From: a virus
Taxonomy: Duplodnaviria > Heunggongvirae > Uroviricota > Caudoviricetes
Virus record (IMG/VR): IMGVR_UViG_3300020577_006835
Span: 132,588-196,587 of that record
Length of the DNA: 64,000 nucleotides
Reading direction: 5' to 3' (one strand)
The notes beneath the pieces were generated by a model that did not search any database, was not told the origin of the DNA, and saw nothing but the letters and a program-made list of their open reading frames with translations. Positions 27,770 through 37,221 of this stretch are shown here, piece by piece (the stretch's first letter is position 1; each line of letters begins with the position of its first letter). Made by a program: the position numbers and the translations under genes.

Positions 27770-28191
27770 TGAAGCTCATCCCGCTCGCACTCCTGCTGCT
27801 CGCTCTGCCGGCCCAGGCCAACGAGCTGTGCCAGCGTCTGATCGCTCGCCAGTGGGGTGCGGTCAACGTGGCCGACAACCGCCTGGCCAACATGCGCATG
27901 GCCGACTGGAACGACTGCCTGCAGGGAGACTCGGACTGCTCGGACATGGTCGAGCTGGTCACCGTGGCCGGCAACGCACTGGTCTCGATCTGCGTCGAGC
28001 GCAGCCAGTTCATGGAGAGCTGCACCAACGAGACCATGGACGTCCCTGAACAAGCCGAGGCCAGCCTGCTCAGACAGCGCTGGACCAGATCGTACCTTCG
28101 CATCGAGCAGATGCGCACCGCCATCACTGCAGTGGCGGGAACCAAGTTCGACAGGAGCCTGGACTACTGCAGCATCAGGCACGAGGACTAA
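27769..28191 (+). CDS. secreted Cys-rich hypothetical protein
   Basis: MKLIPLALLLLALPAQA signal peptide. Confidence 0.7.
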   Translation: MKLIPLALLLLALPAQANELCQRLIARQWGAVNVADNRLANMRMADWNDCLQGDSDCSDMVELVTVAGNALVSICVERSQFMESCTNETMDVPEQAEASLLRQRWTRSYLRIEQMRTAITAVAGTKFDRSLDYCSIRHED

Positions 28192-28193
28192 CT

Positions 28194-28886
28194 ATGAAAC
28201 TGAAACTGGTATTGACGCTTGCACTTCTCATCGCACTCGCATCACCTGCACGCGCGCTGACCGTCCTCTGCAACGGGGACTCGAACACAGCCGCAGGTAC
28301 GCTCCCGGCCGACGTTCGCTGGTGCGAGCGGCTGGGCACGCTGGCCAACGTGGACATCATCAACCGTGGTGTCGGCGGCAGCGCCATCGTCAGCAAGCAG
28401 CACGCGTACTGGTACGGCAACCCGATGTGGGGCGACTTCTACATCGACCTCGAAGTCGTCGACATCGACCCCTTCTGGTACTGGAGTCACGGCGCAGAGA
28501 CGTTCCTGAACAGGCCGACCTACTACCCGCTGCCCAAGTTCGACACCGTGATCCTGGCCTGGGGGACGAACGACCTCAACGCGTACGGGTACACGCCGGC
28601 CGAGGTGCTCAAGGCCATCAAGAAGGCGAGGCGGAAGTTCACCGCCTACGGGGCCAAGGTGTACGTGGCCACGGTGCCGCCGATCTACGAGTTGGACGGC
28701 ACCAAGTCACCGACGCTGGACCCGCTCATCCAGAGGCTCAACAAGAGGATTCGCGGCAACTTCCCCAAGACCTACATCGAGTTCTACGAGGGCTTCACCT
28801 GGGAGGACTACAACGACCGGCTGCACCTGAACGCTCAGGGGCACGAGAAGCGCGCTCTGGCCGCGCTGGAGGCACTGTCAAGATGA
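28194..28886 (+). CDS. secreted SGNH/GDSL hydrolase
   Basis: Signal peptide; GDSN, RGVGG, WGTND, DRLH blocks. Confidence 0.85.
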   Translation: MKLKLVLTLALLIALASPARALTVLCNGDSNTAAGTLPADVRWCERLGTLANVDIINRGVGGSAIVSKQHAYWYGNPMWGDFYIDLEVVDIDPFWYWSHGAETFLNRPTYYPLPKFDTVILAWGTNDLNAYGYTPAEVLKAIKKARRKFTAYGAKVYVATVPPIYELDGTKSPTLDPLIQRLNKRIRGNFPKTYIEFYEGFTWEDYNDRLHLNAQGHEKRALAALEALSR

Positions 28887-29248
28887 GCAACACTGTCGAG
28901 TACCCGGACCTGCTGGGCCACACCATGACCAAGGTCACCAACGACGGTGACGAGATGGTGTTCACCAGGGAGGACGGCAAGCGGTTCAAGTTCTACCACG
29001 AGCAGGACTGCTGCGAGAGCGTGATCATCGAGGATGTCATTGGCGACCTGCAGGACCTCGTCGGCTCACCGATCGTGCAAGCTGAGGAGATCTCGGACGA
29101 CACGTTCGTGGACAACATCACCGACAGCTACGATTCCCACACGTGGACCTTCTACAAGTTCACCACGAACAAGGGCTCGGTCACGGTGCGCTGGCTGGGT
29201 CAGTCCAACGGCTACTACAGCGAAAGCGTGTACTTTTGTGAGTGCTGA
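28883..29248 (+). CDS. conserved phage protein (DUF7448-like)
   Basis: YHEQDCCESV.IED..GDL.DLVG..WTFYK..KGSVTVRWLG.SNGYYSE. Confidence 0.75.
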   Translation: MSNTVEYPDLLGHTMTKVTNDGDEMVFTREDGKRFKFYHEQDCCESVIIEDVIGDLQDLVGSPIVQAEEISDDTFVDNITDSYDSHTWTFYKFTTNKGSVTVRWLGQSNGYYSESVYFCEC

Positions 29249-29453
29249 CCGCCTGATCCTTCTGGCAGCGCTCCTGCTGCTGGCTGCGTGCGGCTCGGAC
29301 GAGACCTGCTCCACGTACAGCTTCGAGGAGTGCCGCGTCGTGGACGGCATGGAGCGCCAGTGCCGGACGGTCGAGGAGCAGCAGTGCGTGGACGGTGACC
29401 CGTACTACTACGGGCCGTGGGTCACGGTCTGCTTCTTCCCTTACTGCTACTGA
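29238..29453 (+). CDS. small Cys-rich lipoprotein
   Basis: Hydrophobic signal with LAAC lipobox. Confidence 0.65.
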   Translation: MSADRLILLAALLLLAACGSDETCSTYSFEECRVVDGMERQCRTVEEQQCVDGDPYYYGPWVTVCFFPYCY

Positions 29454-29454
29454 G

Positions 29455-29652
29455 GTGAACGTGGACGGAGGGATGCTGTACAGGTGCCCGCACGAGGACT
29501 GGCCGAAGGAGCTGCTCGCGAGCGGAGAGAGCGTGCTCTTCTCCGGCGGGTTCATCCACAGCGACTACTACCTGCACAGGTGCAAGCCTGAGCCGTTCTG
29601 CACGCTGGCCGAGTACTTGGGAGTAGAGTCTGATGGCTCGCGCGAGGTTTGA
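29455..29652 (+). CDS. hypothetical protein
   Basis: Coupled ORF. Confidence 0.55.
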   Translation: MNVDGGMLYRCPHEDWPKELLASGESVLFSGGFIHSDYYLHRCKPEPFCTLAEYLGVESDGSREV

Positions 29653-29848
29653 TGGGATGTCGTGGCCTGTACCAGACAAGGACATGGCTGATCTCGGATG
29701 GAAGCTGCGCTACGGCAGCCCGACACGCACAGACCTGTACGCCGCAGCAGAGGCGCTGTCCGCGTACAGGCAGATGGTCAACGACCCGGAGAAGAAGCGG
29801 CGCATCGTGATCAGGAACCTGCGCCAGGCTGCAAAGGGGGTGACATGA
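29633..29848 (+). CDS. hypothetical protein
   Basis: Coupled ORF. Confidence 0.6.
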   Translation: MARARFDGMSWPVPDKDMADLGWKLRYGSPTRTDLYAAAEALSAYRQMVNDPEKKRRIVIRNLRQAAKGVT

Positions 29849-30156
29849 GCGACTCACAGGTGTTGAGAGCCGAGCTGGAGGCGGCCCGCAACTTCGCCAA
29901 GAGGTATGCAGCCCTCTGTGCGCGAGAGCTGCTGGAGCGCAGCGAGACTGGCATCCTACCCAACGGCCGTGTGCGTGAGCTGGCTCGTCTCTGCTCGTAC
30001 GCTGGTCCACACGCGTTGCAGGTGGCCGAGAAGCTGGTCACCGACGTCGCGATCGAGATGGTGGCTCACCAGAAGGTGCAGGACGTGTGCCCCGTCTGCC
30101 ACCTGAACGACAGGAGCAAGCGGTGCACCTGCTTCAACGCACTGAGGGATCTCTGA
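29845..30156 (+). CDS. hypothetical protein
   Basis: GGGGG RBS; C-terminal CPVC..CTC. Confidence 0.6.
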   Translation: MSDSQVLRAELEAARNFAKRYAALCARELLERSETGILPNGRVRELARLCSYAGPHALQVAEKLVTDVAIEMVAHQKVQDVCPVCHLNDRSKRCTCFNALRDL

Positions 30157-30462
30157 GTGATCATCTCGCACGTGAACCTTGATCGCACGCTGCGCGCCAT
30201 CCTCGATACCAGGCGTGAGCTTGACGCAGCGGTCACCAGGCTCGGCGAGCTTGGTATTGACGCTGACCTGAAGACGCTGCTCTTCGAGCGCGACGGTGTG
30301 ACCGATGCAGACAGGGCTGCCGAGCTGCTGCGACTGGAGAAGCTGCGCGTGGCCATCACGCGCGTGACCAGCGCGACCCAGTTCCTGCGCTCGTACAGGA
30401 AGGCGTTCGGCGAGGGGCTCAGCAGGCACCCGTTTGCACCAGACCCGGGTTCTGTGCAATAA
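30157..30462 (+). CDS. hypothetical protein
   Basis: Abutting ORF. Confidence 0.6.
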   Translation: MIISHVNLDRTLRAILDTRRELDAAVTRLGELGIDADLKTLLFERDGVTDADRAAELLRLEKLRVAITRVTSATQFLRSYRKAFGEGLSRHPFAPDPGSVQ

Positions 30463-30490
30463 CACCATGATGAGTTTCTGGGAGGTACGG

Positions 30491-31015
30491 ATGAGCAAGG
30501 AGGGACGGCCGGTCACACCTCAGCAGGTGCTGGCCAGCGTGAAGCCGCTAGCGCCGGCAGAGGCCAAGGAGGCCTTCGCCAGCACGCAGAAGACGGTGCA
30601 GGCGATCGGAAGCAGGGCGCCTCTGTACAAGCTCCTGGCGCGCGAGATGTGGCGCTACCAGAACGCAGGCGGCAGCGGCATCGTGCGCGAGGACGCGAGG
30701 GACACGATCGAGCGGCTGGTCAAGGAGCACATGCCCAGCGGCTCCGGCTTCGACTCTGGCACCGTGCTCGTCCTGGACGAGTCGACGGACTACAAGCTGG
30801 TCTTCGGCACCAGCTTCCACCACATGAACGAGCACGGCTCGTACACCAAGTGGACCGAGCACCGCGTGATCGTGAGTCCGAGCCTGGCCTTCGACTTCGA
30901 CCTGACGGTCACCGGGCGCGACCACAACGGCATCAAGGACTACATCCACGAGGTGTTCCACCACGCTCTGACCAAGGCGGTGTCGTACCCGGACCGCGAG
31001 GCCAAGGCGTCATGA
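30491..31015 (+). CDS. conserved hypothetical phage protein
   Basis: GGAGG RBS; MPSGSGFDSG..FHHMNEHG.Y..WTEH..V.PSL. Confidence 0.7.
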   Translation: MSKEGRPVTPQQVLASVKPLAPAEAKEAFASTQKTVQAIGSRAPLYKLLAREMWRYQNAGGSGIVREDARDTIERLVKEHMPSGSGFDSGTVLVLDESTDYKLVFGTSFHHMNEHGSYTKWTEHRVIVSPSLAFDFDLTVTGRDHNGIKDYIHEVFHHALTKAVSYPDREAKAS

Positions 31016-32088
31016 ACCTGCGTGAGTACGCGCGGGCCGTGGCCGAGGCGGTGAACAGGGAGTGGGAGGGCCGCGACCCTAGTGACGAAACCAGGGACTG
31101 GTTGGATGGCATCGTCGCGTCGGTGCCCGCACCTACTAATTCTGTCTCAACTGGTAGCAAATTGGTAGGTACGCCCGACATCGACCCGGAGGAGGTGCGG
31201 CGGGCGCTGGACGCTTTCGAACGCGAGTGGGGATCACCGGGCGGCGTCGCTGCGCAGGACGGGCTGACGCTCATGGCCGCCGCCCGCGAGTACCTGCGCC
31301 TCCGCGAGCAGCCCGCGCCCGACGAGGAGCTTCCCCGACGAGGGGGCGGCACCATTGGTGTCGGGACCTTGGCGTACTTCCAAGCGAACAATGAGAACCA
31401 ACTACAGCAAGCGATGTTGCGTCGCGTGATCGCACTCGAAAAGGCGTTAGGGCGCGAGCGAGCGCGGGCGCTGCTGTGCGAGCGGTTGGGCGTGGAGGCC
31501 GAGAGCCTCGGCGACTTGCTCTGCGCCCGGTCTGATCTGGGCGCAATTAGTGATGTGATGCTCGCCGCTGGGGCAATGTTCGATGTCGGCGTGGAGGTAC
31601 TTCCCGACCTGAGTCAGCAACTACCCATACATGGGCCTGTTCGGCTGCCATCAATGCCGATAGTTCCGCAGCCCGCGCCCGACGTGCAGGCGGTCAAGCT
31701 ATGCAACTGCGGCAAGTGCTGCCCCGGCCCGCTCTACTCGCAGCACGAACGCGACGCGGCGGTCGCGCGCGAGCGGGATCGTGTCATCGGGATCTTCGTT
31801 GGCGAGTTGCAGAAGCTGCACGAGAACACGGTTCTCGACTGCGGTGATAACTCGTGCCTGTTCGCGACTCGACGCGGCGGTATGCGCACAAACGGAGGCT
31901 GCCGTTGCATCGAGCGCCTACTCGACGCGGCGGTCGCGCGCGAGCGGGAGGCTGCGGTGTACGACTTCGCCGCGTGGCTGACCACGCGCAAGGAGAGGCT
32001 GGTACTGTCGTCGTCCGACGACGCGGCTCCGGCAGCCAAGGCCGTGCAAGCGTATCTCCGCGCCCGCAGCGCGAAGGGGTCAGAATGA
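31012..32088 (+). CDS. mosaic hypothetical protein with internal repeated modules
   Basis: QPAPD x2, DAAVARER x2. Confidence 0.6.
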   Translation: MNLREYARAVAEAVNREWEGRDPSDETRDWLDGIVASVPAPTNSVSTGSKLVGTPDIDPEEVRRALDAFEREWGSPGGVAAQDGLTLMAAAREYLRLREQPAPDEELPRRGGGTIGVGTLAYFQANNENQLQQAMLRRVIALEKALGRERARALLCERLGVEAESLGDLLCARSDLGAISDVMLAAGAMFDVGVEVLPDLSQQLPIHGPVRLPSMPIVPQPAPDVQAVKLCNCGKCCPGPLYSQHERDAAVARERDRVIGIFVGELQKLHENTVLDCGDNSCLFATRRGGMRTNGGCRCIERLLDAAVAREREAAVYDFAAWLTTRKERLVLSSSDDAAPAAKAVQAYLRARSAKGSE

Positions 32089-32267
32089 GCGGCGACATCG
32101 AAGCGGCAGTCGAGATGCTCGCAAGACTGGCTGACGTGCCACCGGAGGAGCGCATGGGCACGCTGGCGCTGGTGGTCAAGGTCTACATCGAATCCGGGAA
32201 CCACTGGTCGTCGCTTGCTCACGTCTGGGGAAAGATCGAACAGGCCCGCAGCGCGAAGGGGGTGTGA
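32085..32267 (+). CDS. hypothetical protein
   Basis: ATGA overlap; ends ARSAKG like upstream gene. Confidence 0.55.
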   Translation: MSGDIEAAVEMLARLADVPPEERMGTLALVVKVYIESGNHWSSLAHVWGKIEQARSAKGV

Positions 32268-32605
32268 CGGTGCGACTCGACGCTTATTACTTCGGGTTCG
32301 ACTCGACCGGGAACGAGGACATCGACCGGGTCTTGTCAGCCGTGGCGTGTGCAGGGAAAGCATATCACCACACCAGTGATTGGACCGAGCCAATCGCCAA
32401 ACCCTACGAGCCCACGCATCGCGGAGGCACTTGCGCTGAGTGGATTCAGAACGCGGCGAATGATGCTGCAACGAAGCTCGCCGCCGCCTACCGCGAGGGC
32501 GTGGTCGAGGGGCTGGTTATCGCGTTACAGATCCTCGACGCCGACCATCCCGGCGAGTCGCAGCGTATCGCCGCCGAGATCGAGCGCCTGCGAGGTGAGG
32601 CGTGA
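32264..32605 (+). CDS. conserved hypothetical phage protein
   Basis: AYYFGF..TG..ID..LSAVA.AGKAYHHT. Confidence 0.65.
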   Translation: MTVRLDAYYFGFDSTGNEDIDRVLSAVACAGKAYHHTSDWTEPIAKPYEPTHRGGTCAEWIQNAANDAATKLAAAYREGVVEGLVIALQILDADHPGESQRIAAEIERLRGEA

Positions 32606-32862
32606 CGGTAGGCGACGAGGAGTGGAAGGAGCGCGTGCGCGCGTACAACCGAAGACAGCGCATGCTTCGCGGCGTGTGCGAATGCGGGGCGTACTATCCC
32701 GAGGAACACACCGCCCGCCGCGAGGGCGTGATCGAGGGGCTGCAACAGGCGTGGGAGATCGCGGATGAGATTTACGCCGGGCACGTTGAGCATCCGCACG
32801 ACCTGACTCTCGTGCTGGGTACCATCCGCGCCGAGATCGAGCGCCTGCGGAGGGGCGAATGA
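32602..32862 (+). CDS. hypothetical protein
   Basis: Shares REGV.EGL and AEIERLR with upstream gene. Confidence 0.6.
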   Translation: MTVGDEEWKERVRAYNRRQRMLRGVCECGAYYPEEHTARREGVIEGLQQAWEIADEIYAGHVEHPHDLTLVLGTIRAEIERLRRGE

Positions 32863-33047
32863 GGACACGCATCGCGGATCTGGAGCGGGCTCAGGGGCAG
32901 GTTGAGCCACTGACCTACGCCGCGCCGGAGATTGTGGCTGCAATCCCGGCCCTCCTGCGCCTTGCGCGGGCGGCGAAGAAACACGCGAGCGGCCTGTGCG
33001 AGGAGATGGAAGAGGCTCTTGACGCTTTCGACTGGAGTGAGTCGTGA
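32859..33047 (+). CDS. hypothetical protein
   Basis: ATGA overlap. Confidence 0.55.
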   Translation: MRTRIADLERAQGQVEPLTYAAPEIVAAIPALLRLARAAKKHASGLCEEMEEALDAFDWSES

Positions 33048-33235
33048 CCGCCAGCAGACTGATCATCGACCTGTTGATGATCCTGTGCGTTCTGTTTGTG
33101 CTGCTGATTGTGTCAGGGCTCGTGTGGCAGCTGGCCTACTCGCTGATGCTCACGCTGTTGCACCCGATCGAGAGCTACAAGCTGTGGAGGGAGGGAAGAC
33201 GTGTCCAAGGACGACCACTACGATCTGATCGGTGA
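33044..33235 (+). CDS. small membrane protein
   Basis: Long hydrophobic stretch. Confidence 0.55.
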   Translation: MTASRLIIDLLMILCVLFVLLIVSGLVWQLAYSLMLTLLHPIESYKLWREGRRVQGRPLRSDR

Positions 33236-33467
33236 CCCGGTAGTCAAGCTCTCGATGCAGGGCGCCAGAGAGGCGCGCAACCAGATCGAGGAGTTGAGGA
33301 CGGAGCTGAACGAGGCCCTGGCCTGCGCCCGCACTTTGCGTAGACAGTACGAGGCTGTGGTCCGGGTGCTCAAGGGGTACACGCAGTGCAGCCACACAGG
33401 TGGCGTTGGTTGCCACTGCACCAAGGTGGCCACGGATGCGCTCGACCTGCTGGGGGAGGACTACTGA
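33201..33467 (+). CDS. hypothetical coiled-coil protein
   Basis: GGAGGG RBS. Confidence 0.6.
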   Translation: MSKDDHYDLIGDPVVKLSMQGAREARNQIEELRTELNEALACARTLRRQYEAVVRVLKGYTQCSHTGGVGCHCTKVATDALDLLGEDY

Positions 33468-33468
33468 G

Positions 33469-34011
33469 TTGGACCCATATTCACCGAGCCCGAAGTCCAT
33501 CAAGTTCTGGGTCGGAGAGGATGGCCAGCTGCACACGTGTCACAGGATGCAATGGGACATCTCCGACCGAGGCCCGCCACCGAAACGTGTGCACCGAGGC
33601 AGGCCGTCATTCGGTTCTACCAGCGAGCTTCAAGCCGACTATGGTGGCGCCGAGTACGACTACGAGATCCAGCACGTTGATGAGGACAGGCCCGTGTACA
33701 CCGGGGCGACACACAGAAAGCATGGTGGTGAAGTGGTTGAAGAGGTTGTCGACGTCAACTTGGACAAGGAGATCCACCTGAACGGGTTCAGCTGCTACAA
33801 CAGCTGTCGCGGTGGCTGGTACGACGGTTACGACGTCAATTCCAAGAACAAGGATGGTATCTGCACCAAAACCATGCCGTGCAAGGTCTGCGGCCATCAG
33901 ATGCCGGCCTCGATGACGATCAGGGAGTTCCGCAAGATGATTGCCGAGCGCGACGCTGAGCGTGAGCGCACCGGCTTCAAGTTCTGGTTCCAGAAGGAAG
34001 AGGGGAAGTAA
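33469..34011 (+). CDS. hypothetical protein with C-terminal Cys cluster
   Basis: TTG start after GGAGG. Confidence 0.55.
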   Translation: MDPYSPSPKSIKFWVGEDGQLHTCHRMQWDISDRGPPPKRVHRGRPSFGSTSELQADYGGAEYDYEIQHVDEDRPVYTGATHRKHGGEVVEEVVDVNLDKEIHLNGFSCYNSCRGGWYDGYDVNSKNKDGICTKTMPCKVCGHQMPASMTIREFRKMIAERDAERERTGFKFWFQKEEGK

Positions 34012-34012
34012 G

Positions 34013-34186
34013 ATGGCTGTTGAGACGATCACGATGGTGAAGCGCACGGTCTACGTGGCGCAGTGTGAGTGTGGCGAGCGTGACGTGCGTACTGAGAACC
34101 CTCCCCGCGAGATCAGGTTCACCTGCTGCGACAAGTGGGTTCCGTTCGTCGAAGAGTCGTACACCGGGCAGGACAAGTTCGTTTAG
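34013..34186 (+). CDS. small zinc-binding protein
   Basis: CECG..CCDKW. Confidence 0.6.
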   Translation: MAVETITMVKRTVYVAQCECGERDVRTENPPREIRFTCCDKWVPFVEESYTGQDKFV

Positions 34187-34195
34187 GAGGAAAGC

Positions 34196-34360
34196 ATGAC
34201 CAAGACCGAGGAAGATCTCGTGTACTACAGGCGGCGCTGCGCAGAGCTGGAGAAGCAAGTCGAGAAGCTCCAGGCGCAGGTACGTGAGATGCCTGCAAGC
34301 ATCGAACGCAGCATCCGACGCCGGGACGAAGCCGAACGCAAGGGGTGGGACGTCGGATGA
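34196..34360 (+). CDS. small coiled-coil protein
   Basis: AGGAGG RBS. Confidence 0.6.
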   Translation: MTKTEEDLVYYRRRCAELEKQVEKLQAQVREMPASIERSIRRRDEAERKGWDVG

Positions 34361-34590
34361 AATTCACCGTGACGATGAAAGATCCTGACGGCCTGGACAC
34401 GTCCATCGACGACGCGATCCAGGACGACGAGTCGCTGCTGGAGATGGCCAAGGACGAGCAGAAGGCCGTGATCGGTGCCCGCAAGCAGCGCATGCGTGAC
34501 GTGTGCAAGCGCTGGTTCGAGTACGGCGAGTACATCCGCATCGAGATCGACGTGGAGGCTGGCACCGCGACTGTGCTTGACAGGGTGTAG
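34357..34590 (+). CDS. conserved hypothetical phage protein
   Basis: MKFTVTMKDPDG..KRWFEYGEYIRIEID. Confidence 0.65.
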   Translation: MKFTVTMKDPDGLDTSIDDAIQDDESLLEMAKDEQKAVIGARKQRMRDVCKRWFEYGEYIRIEIDVEAGTATVLDRV

Positions 34591-34591
34591 C

Positions 34592-34846
34592 GTGCCGTAC
34601 CAGCTGACGCCGGCAGGCAACGCAGCCGTCGAGGAGGCCAACGAGGACTGGCAGCGGATGGAGCACGATGAGCGAGCCATGGTGCTCTGCCAGTACAGCA
34701 CTGGTCGAGACCTGCTCTGGATGGTGTTCGTGGAGATGACGCCTGAAGTGCTGGAGGAGGTCCGTGCCGGTGTAGTGCGGGCTGTGCGTGCCGGCGGTGA
34801 GCCGTCCGACTACTTCGACAGCCTCAACACCAGGACTCTGAACTGA
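34592..34846 (+). CDS. hypothetical protein
   Basis: Coupled ORF. Confidence 0.55.
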   Translation: MPYQLTPAGNAAVEEANEDWQRMEHDERAMVLCQYSTGRDLLWMVFVEMTPEVLEEVRAGVVRAVRAGGEPSDYFDSLNTRTLN

Positions 34847-35409
34847 TGAAGAAGATCAAGACGTTGTTCGTGCGCGACCACACCACCAAGCTGGTCACGC
34901 CTGAGCCTACACCGGGCACGGAGGCCGTGTTCGAGGGCCGGTGCAGACCGACCTTCAAGTGGGACGGCACCTCGTGCATGGTGCGCGATGGGAAGTTCTA
35001 CAAGCGCTACATGGTCAACAAGAAGCGCACGCCGCCAGACTTCGAGCCGGCCCAGGACCCGGACCCGGTCACCGGCAAGCAGCCGGGTTGGGTGCCTGTG
35101 GGTGAGGGTCCCGAGGATCGCTGGCACCGTGAGGCCTGGGCATCGCATCTGGAGGTCAGCGGTGGTCCGCCTGCAGATGGCACCTACGAGCTGGTCGGCC
35201 CCAAGGTGCAGGGCAACCCGCACGGCTTCACAGGCGTGCACGCTCTGCTGCTACACGGCGGGGTCGGCTTCATCGAGACCGTGCCGCTGACCTTCGACGA
35301 GCTGCGCGAGTTCATGGAGAAGTCCGTCATCGAGGGTGTCATCTGGTGGGATGACAACGGCCCCGTCGCCAAGCTGAAGAGGCGTGACTTCGGCTTCCCG
35401 TGGCCATGA
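34846..35409 (+). CDS. DUF5565 / RLIG1-like ATP-dependent RNA ligase
   Basis: MKKIKTLFVR, KWDGT (KxDG adenylation motif), YKRY, GTYELVGPKVQGNP, EGVIW. Confidence 0.65.
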   Translation: MKKIKTLFVRDHTTKLVTPEPTPGTEAVFEGRCRPTFKWDGTSCMVRDGKFYKRYMVNKKRTPPDFEPAQDPDPVTGKQPGWVPVGEGPEDRWHREAWASHLEVSGGPPADGTYELVGPKVQGNPHGFTGVHALLLHGGVGFIETVPLTFDELREFMEKSVIEGVIWWDDNGPVAKLKRRDFGFPWP

Positions 35410-35651
35410 TCCTGATCGCCTGCGTCTTCCTGGTCGCACTGTGGGCTCTCCGTGTCTGGGCCTTCGGTCTGTCCAACGACATGGGTGAGATCTGGGCTCA
35501 CAACACGCACTGTGCGAGAGGGTTTCCGATGTGCAAGGCGTGCACAGAGAGCAGAGTGCTCTGCAACCGGTGCCAGCACTGGTACCCGACCGACGAGATC
35601 GCCCGGGTGCTCATGAGCGGTGGAGTGTGCAAGAAGTGTGAGGGGAGGTAG
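35406..35651 (+). CDS. membrane-anchored zinc-finger protein
   Basis: N-terminal TM segment plus several CxxC. Confidence 0.55.
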   Translation: MILIACVFLVALWALRVWAFGLSNDMGEIWAHNTHCARGFPMCKACTESRVLCNRCQHWYPTDEIARVLMSGGVCKKCEGR

Positions 35652-35653
35652 AC

Positions 35654-36469
35654 GTGGCGATCGTGTTCCCAGACTACATCATGATGATGCGCCTCAAGGC
35701 GCGCGGGCACCTGAAGCCTGGCTTCACCATGATGGAGATCGGCAAGCAGAACTGGGCCGGTGATGTGCCGATCGACAAGCTGATCGCTGACACCGCGGAC
35801 AAGCGAACTACGACCAAGCTTAGACAGACCCTGAAGAGGGACCCGAACTCGTTCAAGATCACCGATCACTACTACCGCAACGTGCTCGGCTGCAGCGACT
35901 ACGAGTCCATCGACCCCGGTGTTGCTGACAGTGACTACAAGTTCGACCTGAACTACTCGCTGCCTGAGATACTGAGCTACGACGTCGTCACCGACAGTGG
36001 AACCGGGGAGCACATCTTCAACCAGGCGCAGCTGTTCCGCACGATGCACGATCTGACCAAGAAGGGCGGCATCATGACGCACGTCCTGCCATGGACAGGG
36101 TGGTACAACCACGGCTTCTACAACTTCCAGCCGACGATCGTGTACGATCTGGCGGCTGCGAACGGCTACAGTGTGCTTGACGTGGTGCTCGGAGGGGTGG
36201 GTATCCCAATCGTGTTCGACATGCTCGAACCGACTCGCTGGCGGCAGCTGATCGCAGCGATGATGGCCAGCGGCGGTGGCCCCTTTGTGTTCGACGAGAT
36301 GGAGGTCGCTCTGCACCACTCCATGGTCGGCTTCGCCTTCATGAAGGACAGCAGCAGGCAGTTCAAGATCCCGAACCAAGGCGCCTACGCTGGTGACGTG
36401 GCCAAGCCGGTCAAGAAGCCTCGCATCCGGATAGAGGGTGCGGTGGAGGCGGTAAAGGGGAGACGCTGA
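35654..36469 (+). CDS. class I SAM-dependent methyltransferase-like protein
   Basis: MEIG, ESID, FDLN, YDVVTDSGTGEHIFN, GG..HVLP..HGFYNF. Confidence 0.75.
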   Translation: MAIVFPDYIMMMRLKARGHLKPGFTMMEIGKQNWAGDVPIDKLIADTADKRTTTKLRQTLKRDPNSFKITDHYYRNVLGCSDYESIDPGVADSDYKFDLNYSLPEILSYDVVTDSGTGEHIFNQAQLFRTMHDLTKKGGIMTHVLPWTGWYNHGFYNFQPTIVYDLAAANGYSVLDVVLGGVGIPIVFDMLEPTRWRQLIAAMMASGGGPFVFDEMEVALHHSMVGFAFMKDSSRQFKIPNQGAYAGDVAKPVKKPRIRIEGAVEAVKGRR

Positions 36470-36666
36470 TGGATGAGAGCCTGAAGCAGTTGATCCTGGG
36501 CACGGTCGAGGACATGGTGGCCGACTTCCTCTACTACGACCGCAAGGAGGACGAGGACCTGCCCAGGGGCGCGATCGAGGAGGCGGTGGCCCAGGGTCAG
36601 ATCACGATCGACGAGATCGTCAACCAGTTCCGTCAGAACCTGGAAGAGGCCCTAGCCAGCAGCTGA
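36469..36666 (+). CDS. conserved small acidic phage protein
   Basis: FLYYDRKEDEDLPRGAIE. Confidence 0.65.
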   Translation: MDESLKQLILGTVEDMVADFLYYDRKEDEDLPRGAIEEAVAQGQITIDEIVNQFRQNLEEALASS

Positions 36667-36699
36667 CAGCCCCCCACGCGGTGCGGTAGAATCGGCGCC

Positions 36700-37221
36700 A
36701 TGTCCGACCGCGCTGCCAGACTAATCGCCACGGCCCTTGCAGAGGGCCGCGCGCTCGATGCGAGCCAGCTGCGCCAGGTCTCCCAGATCGCACACCAGAC
36801 CAGGCAGGAACGCATGGCCATCGACGGTGAGCCAGAGCTTCACTGCCACCTGTGGGCGCACCACCTGGTCAAGAACCTGCGTGCCGCCGGGTTTCCGGCG
36901 CAGCACGTGGCCGGGTACGTCCACCCTGTCCCGAACGGCGGCATGCCCGAGGATGGCGAGATCCATCACTGGGCTGAAGTGGGAGACCACGTCGTCGACA
37001 TCGCTGCCGACCAGTTCAACTACGCTGGTAGCGACTTCCCGGAGGTGCTCGTAAAGCACCAGTCCAAGGTGAAGACACACGTCCCTGACGCTGTGGTCAC
37101 GCCGTCGTCGTTCCGGATGGTACCGGCAGAACCAGGCGCGAGTGACCCGCGCGATTCGGTGGAGTACGACTCGTACGAGCACCCGCAGTGGCGCCACCGC
37201 CAGTGGAAGCCGGTGGTGTGA
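36700..37221 (+). CDS. leader-motif protein with Cys-His-Asp domain
   Basis: MSDRAARLIATALAE; LHCHLWA..HHWAEV..VVDIAADQF. Confidence 0.65.
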   Translation: MSDRAARLIATALAEGRALDASQLRQVSQIAHQTRQERMAIDGEPELHCHLWAHHLVKNLRAAGFPAQHVAGYVHPVPNGGMPEDGEIHHWAEVGDHVVDIAADQFNYAGSDFPEVLVKHQSKVKTHVPDAVVTPSSFRMVPAEPGASDPRDSVEYDSYEHPQWRHRQWKPVV

